IMG/VR virus record: IMGVR_UViG_3300038674_000488
Span: 1-34,467 of that record
Reading direction: 5' to 3' (one strand)
Origin: a virus
Lineage: Duplodnaviria; Caudoviricetes
Length of the DNA: 34,467 bases
Numbering within the stretch: the stretch's first letter is position 1; the number at the start of each line of letters is the position of its first letter. A program made the translations under genes and the position numbers. Positions 1-8,080 of this stretch are shown piece by piece. The notes under the pieces are model-generated. The model saw only the letters and a program-made list of their open reading frames with translations. It did not search any database and was not told where the DNA came from.

Positions 1-34
1 CATTTAGTAACTTGTCAAGGGGTTTTAAAAAGAA

Positions 35-84
35 AAGTGATATTTCATAACAATTCTTGCACGTTATGAAATATCACTTATAAT
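35..84. promoter_or_regulatory. Lysis/lysogeny switch operator: 17-bp perfect inverted repeat overlapping the repressor promoter
   Basis: AAGTGATATTTCATAAC (35-51) / GTTATGAAATATCACTT (63-79). TTGCAC (57-62)-16 bp-TATAAT (79-84) on +. A divergent TTGACA lies on - at 18-13. Confidence 0.7.
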
Positions 85-103
85 ATAGATAGAGGTGAAT
101 AAA

Positions 104-727
104 ATGCACGTTTTGAAGGAGCTTAGAAAACAAAAAGGGATGCGCCAAGCTGACATTGCTCAAAAATTGGGCGTTGGGCGTACGACATATGTTAAATATG
201 AAAATGGAGACAATGAGCCAAGCTTTGAAATGCTCAATAAGTTGTCGGATTTATTTGGTGTCAGCATAGATTACTTGCTTGGGCGTGATAGCGGATACGA
301 AGGCAGCGGCGCACCAGTGCCGACGCGCCCGGGAAGCAAGTGGATCCCGGTATTGGGAAAGGTTGCGGCAGGAGTGCCGATTGAAGCAGTGGAAGATATT
401 TTGGATTATGAAGAGATCAGCGCGCAGATGGCCGAAGCCGGGGATTATTTCGCGTTGCAGATCAAGGGGGACAGCATGGAGCCTAAAATATCCAATGGCG
501 ATGTGGTCATTGTGCGAAAGCAGCCGGATGTGGAAAGCGGAGAAACGGCGGTCGTATTGGTCAATGGCAATGAAGCCACTGTAAAGCGCATCAAAAAGCG
601 CCCGGAAGGGATTATGCTTATACCGACGAATCCGGCGTATGAACCGATGTTTTACAGTGCCGTTGAAGTTGAAAAGCTTCCGGTGGTGATATTGGGAAAA
701 GTGGTAGAACTGCGGGCAAAGTACTAA
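104..727 (+). CDS. CI/LexA-like phage repressor (XRE HTH + S24 autopeptidase)
   Basis: N-terminal HTH_3 pattern (LKELRKQKGMRQADIAQKLGV...YENG), AG cleavage site (VAAGVP), S24 motifs GDSMEP and ATVKR. ATG 104 follows SD GAGGTG. Confidence 0.93.
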   Translation: MHVLKELRKQKGMRQADIAQKLGVGRTTYVKYENGDNEPSFEMLNKLSDLFGVSIDYLLGRDSGYEGSGAPVPTRPGSKWIPVLGKVAAGVPIEAVEDILDYEEISAQMAEAGDYFALQIKGDSMEPKISNGDVVIVRKQPDVESGETAVVLVNGNEATVKRIKKRPEGIMLIPTNPAYEPMFYSAVEVEKLPVVILGKVVELRAKY

Positions 728-755
728 GCGCACGATTGATTTAAGCCGCAGAAGG

Positions 756-974
756 TTGATATTACTGCTGCGCCGGTTTATGGCGTTTCGGCTGCCGATG
801 ACGGTAAGGGATGTTCGGTGGCATTTTCAGCTGTATGAGATGACCTTTTTCCCGGTTTGCCCAAAGTGCGGGACTTTGCTGGAACGCGAATATCAAAACT
901 ATTGCGGCAGATGCGGGCAGCGGCTGGGATGGCAGCGGTTTGGGTATGGGGTAGAGGGATGGTTGGAAAAATAA
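756..974 (+). CDS. Small zinc-ribbon protein
   Basis: CPKC...YCGRCGQRL zinc-ribbon pattern; start codon uncertain. Confidence 0.55.
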   Translation: MILLLRRFMAFRLPMTVRDVRWHFQLYEMTFFPVCPKCGTLLEREYQNYCGRCGQRLGWQRFGYGVEGWLEK

Positions 975-1009
975 AAAGCCGCCCGGGCGGGCGGCGATGG
1001 CGGCAGGGG

Positions 1010-1291
1010 TTATTTGGCAAGCTTGTAGGAAGCGTACTGATTGAGACTGACGCCGTTTTTTTTGGCGGCTTCGGCAAGGTCGCGATGCAGCTCTTTGGGG
1101 ATGCGCAGCATGATCTTGCCGCTGTATTCGGACAGGGCTTTGTATTCGTCCAGCGTAATTGTGTCGTCCGGGTTTTCTGCGTCAGCTTCGGCAAAAGCGG
1201 CAAGATCCTCTTTGGAAGGCGTTTCCGGTTCTCTTGCATCGATCTTGGCGAGTTTTTGGGCTAATTCCTGTGCGGTTAATTCGTTTTTCAT
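1010..1291 (-). CDS. Antitoxin with C-terminal HicB-like ribbon-helix-helix domain
   Basis: YSGKIMLRIPKELHRDLAEAAKKNGVSLNQY is the HicB-like RHH signature. The N-terminus is acidic. The gene lies 9 bp downstream of the RelE-like gene. Confidence 0.8.
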   Translation of the reverse strand: MKNELTAQELAQKLAKIDAREPETPSKEDLAAFAEADAENPDDTITLDEYKALSEYSGKIMLRIPKELHRDLAEAAKKNGVSLNQYASYKLAK

Positions 1292-1300
1292 GGTATCACC

Positions 1301-1546
1301 TCAATATTTGATGTTGGTTCGTGTGTTGATTTCTACGACTATTATACAGATTTCGCCTTTGTTATATTCAAATAGTATGCGGTAGTGCGCGATTTTGTAG
1401 CGGTAACGATTGGTACTGCCAGCCAGACGAACAATGTCGCCTTCGAACCGGGAGAGTTGATCAAGCGCTTTGTATAATTTTTTGCGTGTGGCGGCATCGA
1501 CGCTGTCCAGATATTTTTGAGCACGCTTTTTCAGTTTGATTTCCAT
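1301..1546 (-). CDS. RelE/ParE-family type II toxin
   Basis: 81 aa and basic; AQKYLDSVD...GDIVRLAG...YRYKIAHYRILF...IIVVEINTRTNIKY matches the RelE pattern. Confidence 0.85.
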   Translation of the reverse strand: MEIKLKKRAQKYLDSVDAATRKKLYKALDQLSRFEGDIVRLAGSTNRYRYKIAHYRILFEYNKGEICIIVVEINTRTNIKY

Positions 1547-1579
1547 TTGGGCGACATTCCTTTCGTTCTGCTTGTCTAT

Positions 1580-1607
1580 ATGATAGCATATTTGATATCA
1601 AAAGTCA
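1580..1607 (-). promoter_or_regulatory. TA operon promoter with palindromic operator
   Basis: TTGACT-16 bp-TATCAT on -. The perfect palindrome TTTGATATCAAA (1591-1602) lies mostly in the spacer. Confidence 0.55.
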
Positions 1608-1646
1608 ATGGCAAGATAAAATTTATTTATAAAAGGGTGGTGGAGT

Positions 1647-2693
1647 ATGGCAACGGCAAAGAAACTGCCAAGCGGCAGCTGGCGTGCGCTGGCGTATGTC
1701 GGGGTTGGCGAGGATGGGAAGCGCAGGTACAAGAGCTTTACCGCGCCGACGAAGAAAGAAGCGGAGCTTTTGGCGGCGCAGTATGTGGCGGATCAGGATC
1801 GCCGGGAGACGTCCGGATTGACGGTGGGCGAGGCGCTGCAGCAATATATATCGGCCAAGGAGGGCGTATTAAGCCCGTCGACGGTGCTGGGGTATAAGCG
1901 GCTGCTGCGTAATTGCTATGACGGCGTGGCGGATCAGTATGTGTCGCGGGTGACGGTGGTGCAGCTGCAGCAATGGGTCAGCAGCTTTGCGGAGGTGCAT
2001 TCGCCAAAATACACCTATAACGCGTGGGGCTTGCTCTGTTCGGCGCTGGACATGTGCGGTGTGGATTATAAAAATAAAATCCGCTTGCCGCAGCGGAACA
2101 AGCGGAAGATTGATATCCCGGGGGAAAGCGAGATTCGGTTGCTTTATGCGGCGGTTGCGGGGTCCCGTCTGGAGCTGCCTTTTCTGTTGGCGACGCAATG
2201 CGGGCTGCGCGCGTCCGAGATTGCAGGGCTGCGCAAGCAGGACGTTGGCGCCGGGATGATCCGGATCACGCAGGCACGCGTCACGGGGGAGCACGGCGCG
2301 ACCGTCAAGGCGCCGAAGAGCTGGGCCGGGTATCGGGAATTGCCTTGCGATGATTATATTTGCAGGCTGGCAGCGCTGTCGGCGGATGCGACGTATGTCA
2401 CGACGATGGATGCAAACACGATTTCAGGTGCGTGGGCGAGCCTGGTACGGCGTACGGAGGGGTTGCCGGCGTACAGGTTTCACGCGCTCCGGCATTATTT
2501 TGCCAGCAGGGCGGCGCTCATCGGTGTGCCGAAGGAATACCTGGCAGAACTGATGGGGCATTCGTCAAGCAAGATGCTCGACGAGGTGTATTTGCACACG
2601 TTTCCAAAGGCGAAACAGGCGTTTGCGGAAATGCTAAAATCGAAGGCCGCGACACTTCTCCGTGATGCTGATGCAACACGAAATGCAACATGA
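1647..2693 (+). CDS. int: Tyrosine recombinase / phage integrase
   Basis: N-terminal arm-binding domain (SGSWRA...GKRRYKSFTAPTKKEA). Catalytic residues: R (GLRASE), K (APKS), HALRH, LMGH, Y (EVYLH). Confidence 0.95.
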   Translation: MATAKKLPSGSWRALAYVGVGEDGKRRYKSFTAPTKKEAELLAAQYVADQDRRETSGLTVGEALQQYISAKEGVLSPSTVLGYKRLLRNCYDGVADQYVSRVTVVQLQQWVSSFAEVHSPKYTYNAWGLLCSALDMCGVDYKNKIRLPQRNKRKIDIPGESEIRLLYAAVAGSRLELPFLLATQCGLRASEIAGLRKQDVGAGMIRITQARVTGEHGATVKAPKSWAGYRELPCDDYICRLAALSADATYVTTMDANTISGAWASLVRRTEGLPAYRFHALRHYFASRAALIGVPKEYLAELMGHSSSKMLDEVYLHTFPKAKQAFAEMLKSKAATLLRDADATRNAT

Positions 2694-2922
2694 CCTGCGA
2701 TTTTAGCTTGTTTATTGGTGCGGCAAATGGGACTTGAACCCGTATGCATTCGGCTTTAGCCCGGTATTGAAAAATGCCGGGCTTTTGCTGTTCTTTGAGT
2801 ATTTGCCTGTAAATAAGCATAAATGGGCAATGGCAGAGCGTCAATATTGCGTTTGCATAGGGCATAAAACCGCGCGCATTTTTCATATTTTAGACCATTA
2901 TGCAACACGAAATGCAACACGA
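2671..2922. other. attP: tRNA 3'-end core flanked by integrase arm-type repeats
   Basis: 2716-2741 on - reads GGGTTCAAGTCCCATTTGCCGCACCA (T-loop + acceptor + CCA), with no 5' half of a tRNA. ATGCAACACGAAATGCAACA occurs at both 2671-2690 and 2900-2919. Confidence 0.85.
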
Positions 2923-2973
2923 AAAAAGCCAGGATCGACCGGGCGGGGTGGTTTCAGGTGGTTGCAGAATTTA

Positions 2974-3088
2974 TTTACTTTTTGTTTGGGGCGTTGTATA
3001 ATAAAGGCGCTCCGAACGCTTATGTTTTTCAGGTATGCTGATGGGGCATGCCCCGCATGGCTTCCGCAACCGCGCGGGGCGTTTTTTT
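2974..3088 (+). ncRNA. Putative ~80-nt small RNA with its own promoter and terminator
   Basis: TTTACT (2974-2979)-17 bp-TATAAT (2997-3002). It ends in a GCCCCGC...GCGGGGC hairpin followed by T7. No convincing ORF inside. Confidence 0.4.
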
Positions 3089-3257
3089 ATTTTCTTTCGT
3101 TCATGCATTTGCGGATGCATTCTTTGATGAAGCCTTGCTTGCTCGGGACTTGTTGTAATTTTTGCAGAATGTCTGCATCGGTTCGGTTGTTTAGCTTTAG
3201 CTTTACTTGGGTCGTGTTTTCTGCGTCCCATTTGGCTTTTGCTTGAGAATCTGACAT
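3087..3257 (-). CDS. Small (56 aa) putative RHH/Arc-like DNA-binding protein, absent from the ORF track
   Basis: Hand translation: MSDSQAKAKWDAENTTQVKLKLNNRTDADILQKLQQVPSKQGFIKECIRKCMNERK, a beta-strand plus two helices pattern. Confidence 0.6.
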   Translation of the reverse strand: MSDSQAKAKWDAENTTQVKLKLNNRTDADILQKLQQVPSKQGFIKECIRKCMNERK

Positions 3258-3390
3258 TGACGTTCACCCGGCTTTCTGGTATACTAAGGGCAAGAGGGGC
3301 GCCGGTGGTGCGGCGTTGGTTCAACCTCTGCCAAGTTTCTAGCTTGAAGATTGACCGTTTCCGTTACACGGGGGCGGTTATTTCTTTTTT
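3257..3390 (+). ncRNA. Putative type I antitoxin antisense RNA with promoter
   Basis: TTGACG (3257-3262)-17 bp-TATACT (3280-3285). Terminator GACCGTTTC...GGGGCGGTT plus T-rich run to 3390 overlaps the toxin 3' end convergently. Confidence 0.65.
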
Positions 3391-3461
3391 GTTACGTTGA
3401 TAACTCCAAAGATCACAACGGCTAACAGGTTTAGCAATCCGATGATTTCTAGCGCTGTCAT
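3378..3461 (-). CDS. Type I TA toxin (27-aa holin-like membrane peptide), absent from the ORF track
   Basis: MTALEIIGLLNLLAVVIFGVINVTKKK: one hydrophobic helix with a KKK tail. The strong SD GGAGGTG is sequestered in the hairpin ACCTCCT-AAAGC-AGGAGGT. Confidence 0.8.
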   Translation of the reverse strand: MTALEIIGLLNLLAVVIFGVINVTKKK

Positions 3462-3635
3462 GTTGTCACCTCCTGCTTTAGGAGGTCGATCCGTTCCCCT
3501 CTTGTTGATAATATTATATCATGGGTGTACACCTATGTCAAGCGCTTTTTGCTGTATTTTTAAACTTTTTCAGTGTAAATAGCTCTGTGCAAATATATAT
3601 AAAACGGCAAGAAACGATTTCCCAGCACCGGAAAC

Positions 3636-3696
3636 CGATTCTATAACGCCGTAATGGTAATATATTATATATATTACCTTACGGCTTATAGAATCG
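3636..3696. repeat. 61-bp AT-centred near-perfect inverted repeat
   Basis: CGATTCTATAA-C-GCCGTAA-T-GGTAATATAT [TAT] ATATATTACC-TTACGGC-TTATAGAATCG. Confidence 0.85.
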
Positions 3697-3950
3697 CTAT
3701 GGCGCGGCTGGGGCGTTGTTTCGTGGGTGCAGGGCAGGCGCGGCACGGGGCGAAATCGTCATTGCGGCGCACTCTGTCAAAGTCTATTGCCCGCGATAGC
3801 GGGCATCTGTGCTTGCTGGGGCGGGGACGATCCCAAAGCCGCAGACGCGGGGCAGGGACGCCGGTGCAGGACGGACGGCAGATGTTCAGGGCGCGGAAAG
3901 CAGCCTCGTTTCATGACGCGCGCCAAAGCGCGCAATCCTGTGAAAACGGG

Positions 3951-4060
3951 GGTTTTGTCGCGGTTTTGTCGCACTTTGCTTGACAAGCAGGAAACGCCGG
4001 TTATTGCCTGTAGATGGGTGAAAAATCGCGCTTGACAGGCGAAAAACGGCATGATAAAAT
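3951..4060 (+). promoter_or_regulatory. Putative late promoter region with tandem activator-type repeats
   Basis: GGTTTTGTCGC twice (3951-3972); TTGACA (4032-4037)-17 bp-TAAAAT (4055-4060), upstream of the terminase genes. Confidence 0.55.
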
Positions 4061-4093
4061 AGAGATAGTGAAAAAGTCTATACAGACGCAGCG

Positions 4094-4124
4094 AACAGCA
4101 GCCAGCAATGGCCGCTGTTTTTTT
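4094..4124 (+). terminator. Terminator-like hairpin in the late leader
   Basis: AACAGCAGCCA-GCAA-TGGCCGCTGTT running into a T7 tract. Confidence 0.45.
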
Positions 4125-4157
4125 ATGCTCAAAATCAGCCGGGAGGGAGGTTGCACC

Positions 4158-4505
4158 GTGTCAGGGCATCGCAAAACGCTGGCGATCCGCAAAGCGCAGA
4201 TGCTTGCTTTTCTGGATTCTGTCAGGGATAGCGGCATGGATCCAGAACGTTGTGGTTTGGATATTGATAATCCGTTATGTGGTAATACAGATAATGGAAT
4301 GGGTAAGGATGTTGAGTTGAATACAGAGGGAGAGACGGCGCGAGCGCGTGCGAGAAATAAAGCGCTTTACGGTTCCCAGCGCTGGCACGGGCCCGGGGCG
4401 ATGCCGGAGGTTGACCCGGACAGGGTGCGTCGGCGTGGTCTGCGGTTGGAGCATGAACGGCAGTATGCCAACGGCAAGTATTGGGCTGGCAAATTGATGC
4501 CTTGA
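4158..4505 (+). CDS. Hypothetical phage protein
   Basis: GTG start after strong SD GGGAGG; no recognisable motif. Confidence 0.5.
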   Translation: MSGHRKTLAIRKAQMLAFLDSVRDSGMDPERCGLDIDNPLCGNTDNGMGKDVELNTEGETARARARNKALYGSQRWHGPGAMPEVDPDRVRRRGLRLEHERQYANGKYWAGKLMP

Positions 4506-4635
4506 GTTCGTTGTGTCTGTGCGTGACAGGGCAGCCAGGCAAGGCATGACGGGGATGCACGGGCACCGGGTATGTCGGTGCGGCTGTGCGGATGAAAATA
4601 GCGCTGGTTTGGCGTGTTTGCGGAGGTGACAGGGC

Positions 4636-4989
4636 ATGGGCAGGAAAAGCGATAAGACGGCGGACAAGGCGGATTGCAGGGCGCAGGAGGGCGCGCAGCT
4701 TGTGCCGGTGGCCGCCGGGAAGGTGGACAGGATCGTGGAGGATCCGCGGCATAAGGCGCTGCGGCGGGGCGAGGTGCGACGGCAGGTGTCCGAGATGATC
4801 GGCGCGGGCGGCGTGGAAGCGGCGGTGAATCGGCTGGTGGAGTTGATGAACAGCCCGGACGACCGGGTGGCGCTGCAGGCGGCGACGAACATCATTGAGC
4901 GCGTGTACGGCAGGCCAAAGCAGGAGATCGACATGAACGCGGATAACCGGGTGGAGTTCATCCTGAGCAATCCGCCGGGGGAGCAGTAG
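4636..4989 (+). CDS. Putative terminase small subunit
   Basis: SD GGAGGTG. The helical motif AAVNRLVELMNSPDDRVALQAATNIIERVYGRPKQ is typical of TerS-like proteins. It lies upstream of TerL. Confidence 0.6.
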   Translation: MGRKSDKTADKADCRAQEGAQLVPVAAGKVDRIVEDPRHKALRRGEVRRQVSEMIGAGGVEAAVNRLVELMNSPDDRVALQAATNIIERVYGRPKQEIDMNADNRVEFILSNPPGEQ

Positions 4990-5356
4990 CCCGGGCATGC
5001 GGGGCGCGCGGTAGTGCGATGAGGCGTCGCAGGAAGAATACGCCGCGCCGGTGGCAGGGCATGACGGCGGGGGACAGACCCCCCGGTGCGACCCTGCGCA
5101 GGGGTTTACGCACGCAGTAGGGGAAAAGAGGGAGAGTGTCTTTGCGTGCGTATGCTTCTGTGTATAAAAACCAATCCCCCATGACGGGGGACCATCACCC
5201 TGCAAGGGGAGGTGCAGGAAAATATCAGGACATGTGGGCTTGGCGCTGAAGTTGTGAAAGCGGTGGGATGGGAGCTGTCGCGCCAACCCTTTCGGGGGTA
5301 TTTGTTACTTACAGGGACTCCCGGACGGGGAAATTCACAACATAAACGGGAAGGAG

Positions 5357-6679
5357 GTGCGGGGAACGAAGATTTACATTGGCGATCCGCAGCCAAAGCA
5401 GCAGCTTTTTTTTGAGGCTACGAAGCGATTTGTCGCCTATGGCGGGGCGCGCGGCGGGGGAAAAAGCTGGGCGGTGCAGCGGCTGGCGATCAAATTGGCG
5501 GTAGAATATTCCGGCATCAAGATTCTGATCGTGCGCCGGACATTCCCGGAACTGCGCGAAAACCATATTCTTGAAATGCGCGGCCTGATTGGCAAGGCAA
5601 CCGGCGTGAAGTACAACAGCGACGAGCGCGCGTTTACGTTTGACAATTCCAGCCGTATTCGGTTTGGGTACTGCGATACGGAAGACGACGTATTGCAATA
5701 CCAGGGCCAGAGCATTGACGTGGTTTTCATCGACGAAGCGACGCAGCTGACGGAGTTTCAGTTTGACGCATTCAAAGCCTGCGTGCGCGGCGCGAACGAT
5801 TTCCCCAAACGCATCTACCTGACGGCAAACCCCGGCGGCGTGGGGCACGAATGGTTCAAACGGTTGTTTGTGGACAGGCAGTTTAAGGAAAACGAAACGC
5901 CGGACGATTATGAATTTATTCCTGCGTCTGTATATGACAATCAGGCGCTGATGAAAAAAGACCCGTTCTATTTGAATAACCTGCGCAGTTTGCCGGAGAA
6001 CATCCGCAAAGCGTGGCTGGACGGGGACTGGAACGTGTTTGAGGGCAAATACTTTTTGGAATTTGACCCGAAGGCGCATGTGATTGAGCCGTTTGAGATT
6101 CCGAAGCACTGGCGCGTCTATCGTGCGCTGGACTACGGTTTGGACATGCTGGCGTGTTTATGGATCGCGGTAGACGACCAGAAGCAGGGATACGTCTTTC
6201 GCGAGGTGTATAAGCCGAACCTGACGATCTATCACGCGGCGCGGGAGATTTTGACGCATACGGACGAAGGGATCACCGCAACGCTTGCGCCGCCGGATCT
6301 GTGGAACCGCAGACAGGAGACGGGCAAATCGGTCGCGGACTGGTTTTTGCGCTACGGGATTCCCATGATCAAAACCAGCAACAACCGGGAAGCCGGATGG
6401 ATGGCGGTGCATGAATGGCTGCGGGTAAAGGAAGGGCCTGATGGCATCCCCTGTGCGCAGCTGAAAATTTTCCGAAACTGCAATAACCTTTTGCGCACGC
6501 TGCCGCAGCTGAGGCACGACGAGAAAAAAGTCAACGACGTCGCGCGCGAACCGCACGAACTGACGCATGCGCCGGACGCATTGCGCGGGTTTTGCGTGTA
6601 CTGGACGATGGGCGCGCAGGGGGAAACGAAAGAAGAACCGATGAAGGAATACGGCGATTTTTTAGCATACGGAGTATGA
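5357..6679 (+). CDS. terL: Terminase large subunit
   Basis: Walker A YGGARGGGKS, Walker B VVFIDEA, motif III TANPGG, nuclease motifs ALDYG and HAPDALR. Confidence 0.95.
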   Translation: MRGTKIYIGDPQPKQQLFFEATKRFVAYGGARGGGKSWAVQRLAIKLAVEYSGIKILIVRRTFPELRENHILEMRGLIGKATGVKYNSDERAFTFDNSSRIRFGYCDTEDDVLQYQGQSIDVVFIDEATQLTEFQFDAFKACVRGANDFPKRIYLTANPGGVGHEWFKRLFVDRQFKENETPDDYEFIPASVYDNQALMKKDPFYLNNLRSLPENIRKAWLDGDWNVFEGKYFLEFDPKAHVIEPFEIPKHWRVYRALDYGLDMLACLWIAVDDQKQGYVFREVYKPNLTIYHAAREILTHTDEGITATLAPPDLWNRRQETGKSVADWFLRYGIPMIKTSNNREAGWMAVHEWLRVKEGPDGIPCAQLKIFRNCNNLLRTLPQLRHDEKKVNDVAREPHELTHAPDALRGFCVYWTMGAQGETKEEPMKEYGDFLAYGV

Positions 6680-6693
6680 GGGAGGCAGAATTG

Positions 6694-6948
6694 ATGGTAG
6701 AGGTCATGCAATACGTGGTCACAGCGCTGCTGCTGGTGCTCATTGGCGCTGATTTGGTGCTTACAGGCGACAAGCTGGCAGATTTTTTAAAGCGCAGGGG
6801 TAAGGGGGAGACGCCGCCTGACAAGCAGCCGGACGAGGAAACGGTGCGCCGGATCCGTGAGGAGGTGCGCAAGGCGGAGCAGTGGGAAAGCCTGATGAAC
6901 TACAATGCGCAGACGTACCGCAGGGAGCTGGAGGACGAGGATGGCTGA
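6694..6948 (+). CDS. Small protein with an N-terminal hydrophobic segment, between TerL and portal
   Basis: SD GGAGG at 6681-6685; its stop overlaps the portal start. Confidence 0.55.
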   Translation: MVEVMQYVVTALLLVLIGADLVLTGDKLADFLKRRGKGETPPDKQPDEETVRRIREEVRKAEQWESLMNYNAQTYRRELEDEDG

Positions 6949-8080
6949 AAAACAAAAGCTGCCGGAGCTTGCGCAGATCCGGGCCGAGTATGAAAGCGGA
7001 TGCGCGTATAAACAGCGCATTGGTCTGTACGATACGGTCAAGCAGAACGAAAACTTTTTCCTTGGCCGTCAATGGGAGGGCGTGAATGCGCCGGATCTTG
7101 AAAAACCGGTCAATAACATCATTCGGCGTATTGTGACGTACGCGATTTCCCAGATTGTTTCGGACGACGTTGCGGCAGAGATCCGCAATTATCCAAACGC
7201 AACGGAACCGATCGCGGATTTCGTGCTGGATTATTTCAACCGGGAGATCGAGCATGTGATTGAGCGCACAGCGTTTACCACAATGAGCCGCGATTGGATC
7301 CGGGACGCGGCGGTTGACGGGGATGCGTGCGGGTACTGGTACTGGGACGATACGGCGCAGGGCGACGGCATGTATAAGGGCGAGATTGCCTGCGAAGTCG
7401 TGGACAACACGCGGGTGATCTTTGGCAACCCGGCGGTGTGGGACGTGCAGCAGCAGCCTTATATCCTGCTGCCGTCCAGGCGGTTGGCAGAGCAGGTAAA
7501 ACGGGAAGCAAAGCAAAATGGCGGCCAGCCCGACGAGATCCGCGAGGACAGCGACGATACCCAGCAGCCGAACATGGAAAATATAAACGACACCGGGCGC
7601 GTCACGCTGATTGTCCGGCTGTGGCGCGACGCGGACACGGACAGCATCTGGTGCTGTAAAACGGCCGGCGGCGCCTGGGTGAAAAAGCCGTGGGACACGG
7701 GGCTGAAGCTGTACCCGGTGGCGTATTTTTCGTGGGACAAGGTGAAAAACAGCTGCCATGGGCAGTCCATTGTCACCAGCGTGATCCCCAACCAGATTGC
7801 GATCAACAAATTGCAGGCGATGCTGATCAAGGGCGTAAAGGACATGGCGTTCCCAAAGATCGTATACGACGCGACGAAGATTGAGCGGTGGAACAACCGG
7901 GTCGGGGAGGCCATTGCGACCATTGGCGACCCGAACGTCGCGGTGGCGCGGGTTTTGCAGGGCGCGGCGATTTCGCCCCAGATCCAGCAGCTGATCGATT
8001 CGCTGATGGCGCTGACGAAAGACACGATGGGGGCGTCGGACGCGGCGCTGGGCAATGTACGGCCGGAAAATACAAGTGCT
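6941..8080 (+). CDS. Portal protein, exon 1 (380 codons)
   Basis: Position after TerL; P22-like portal motifs (ENFFLGRQW, KPVNNIIRRIV, PNQIAINK). It ends ...RPENTSA at the predicted 5' splice site. Confidence 0.85.

Noticed and set aside
2716-2790. Complete tRNA gene
   Set aside because: Only the T-loop, acceptor 3' strand and CCA are present; there is no D or anticodon arm. Treated as the att core.
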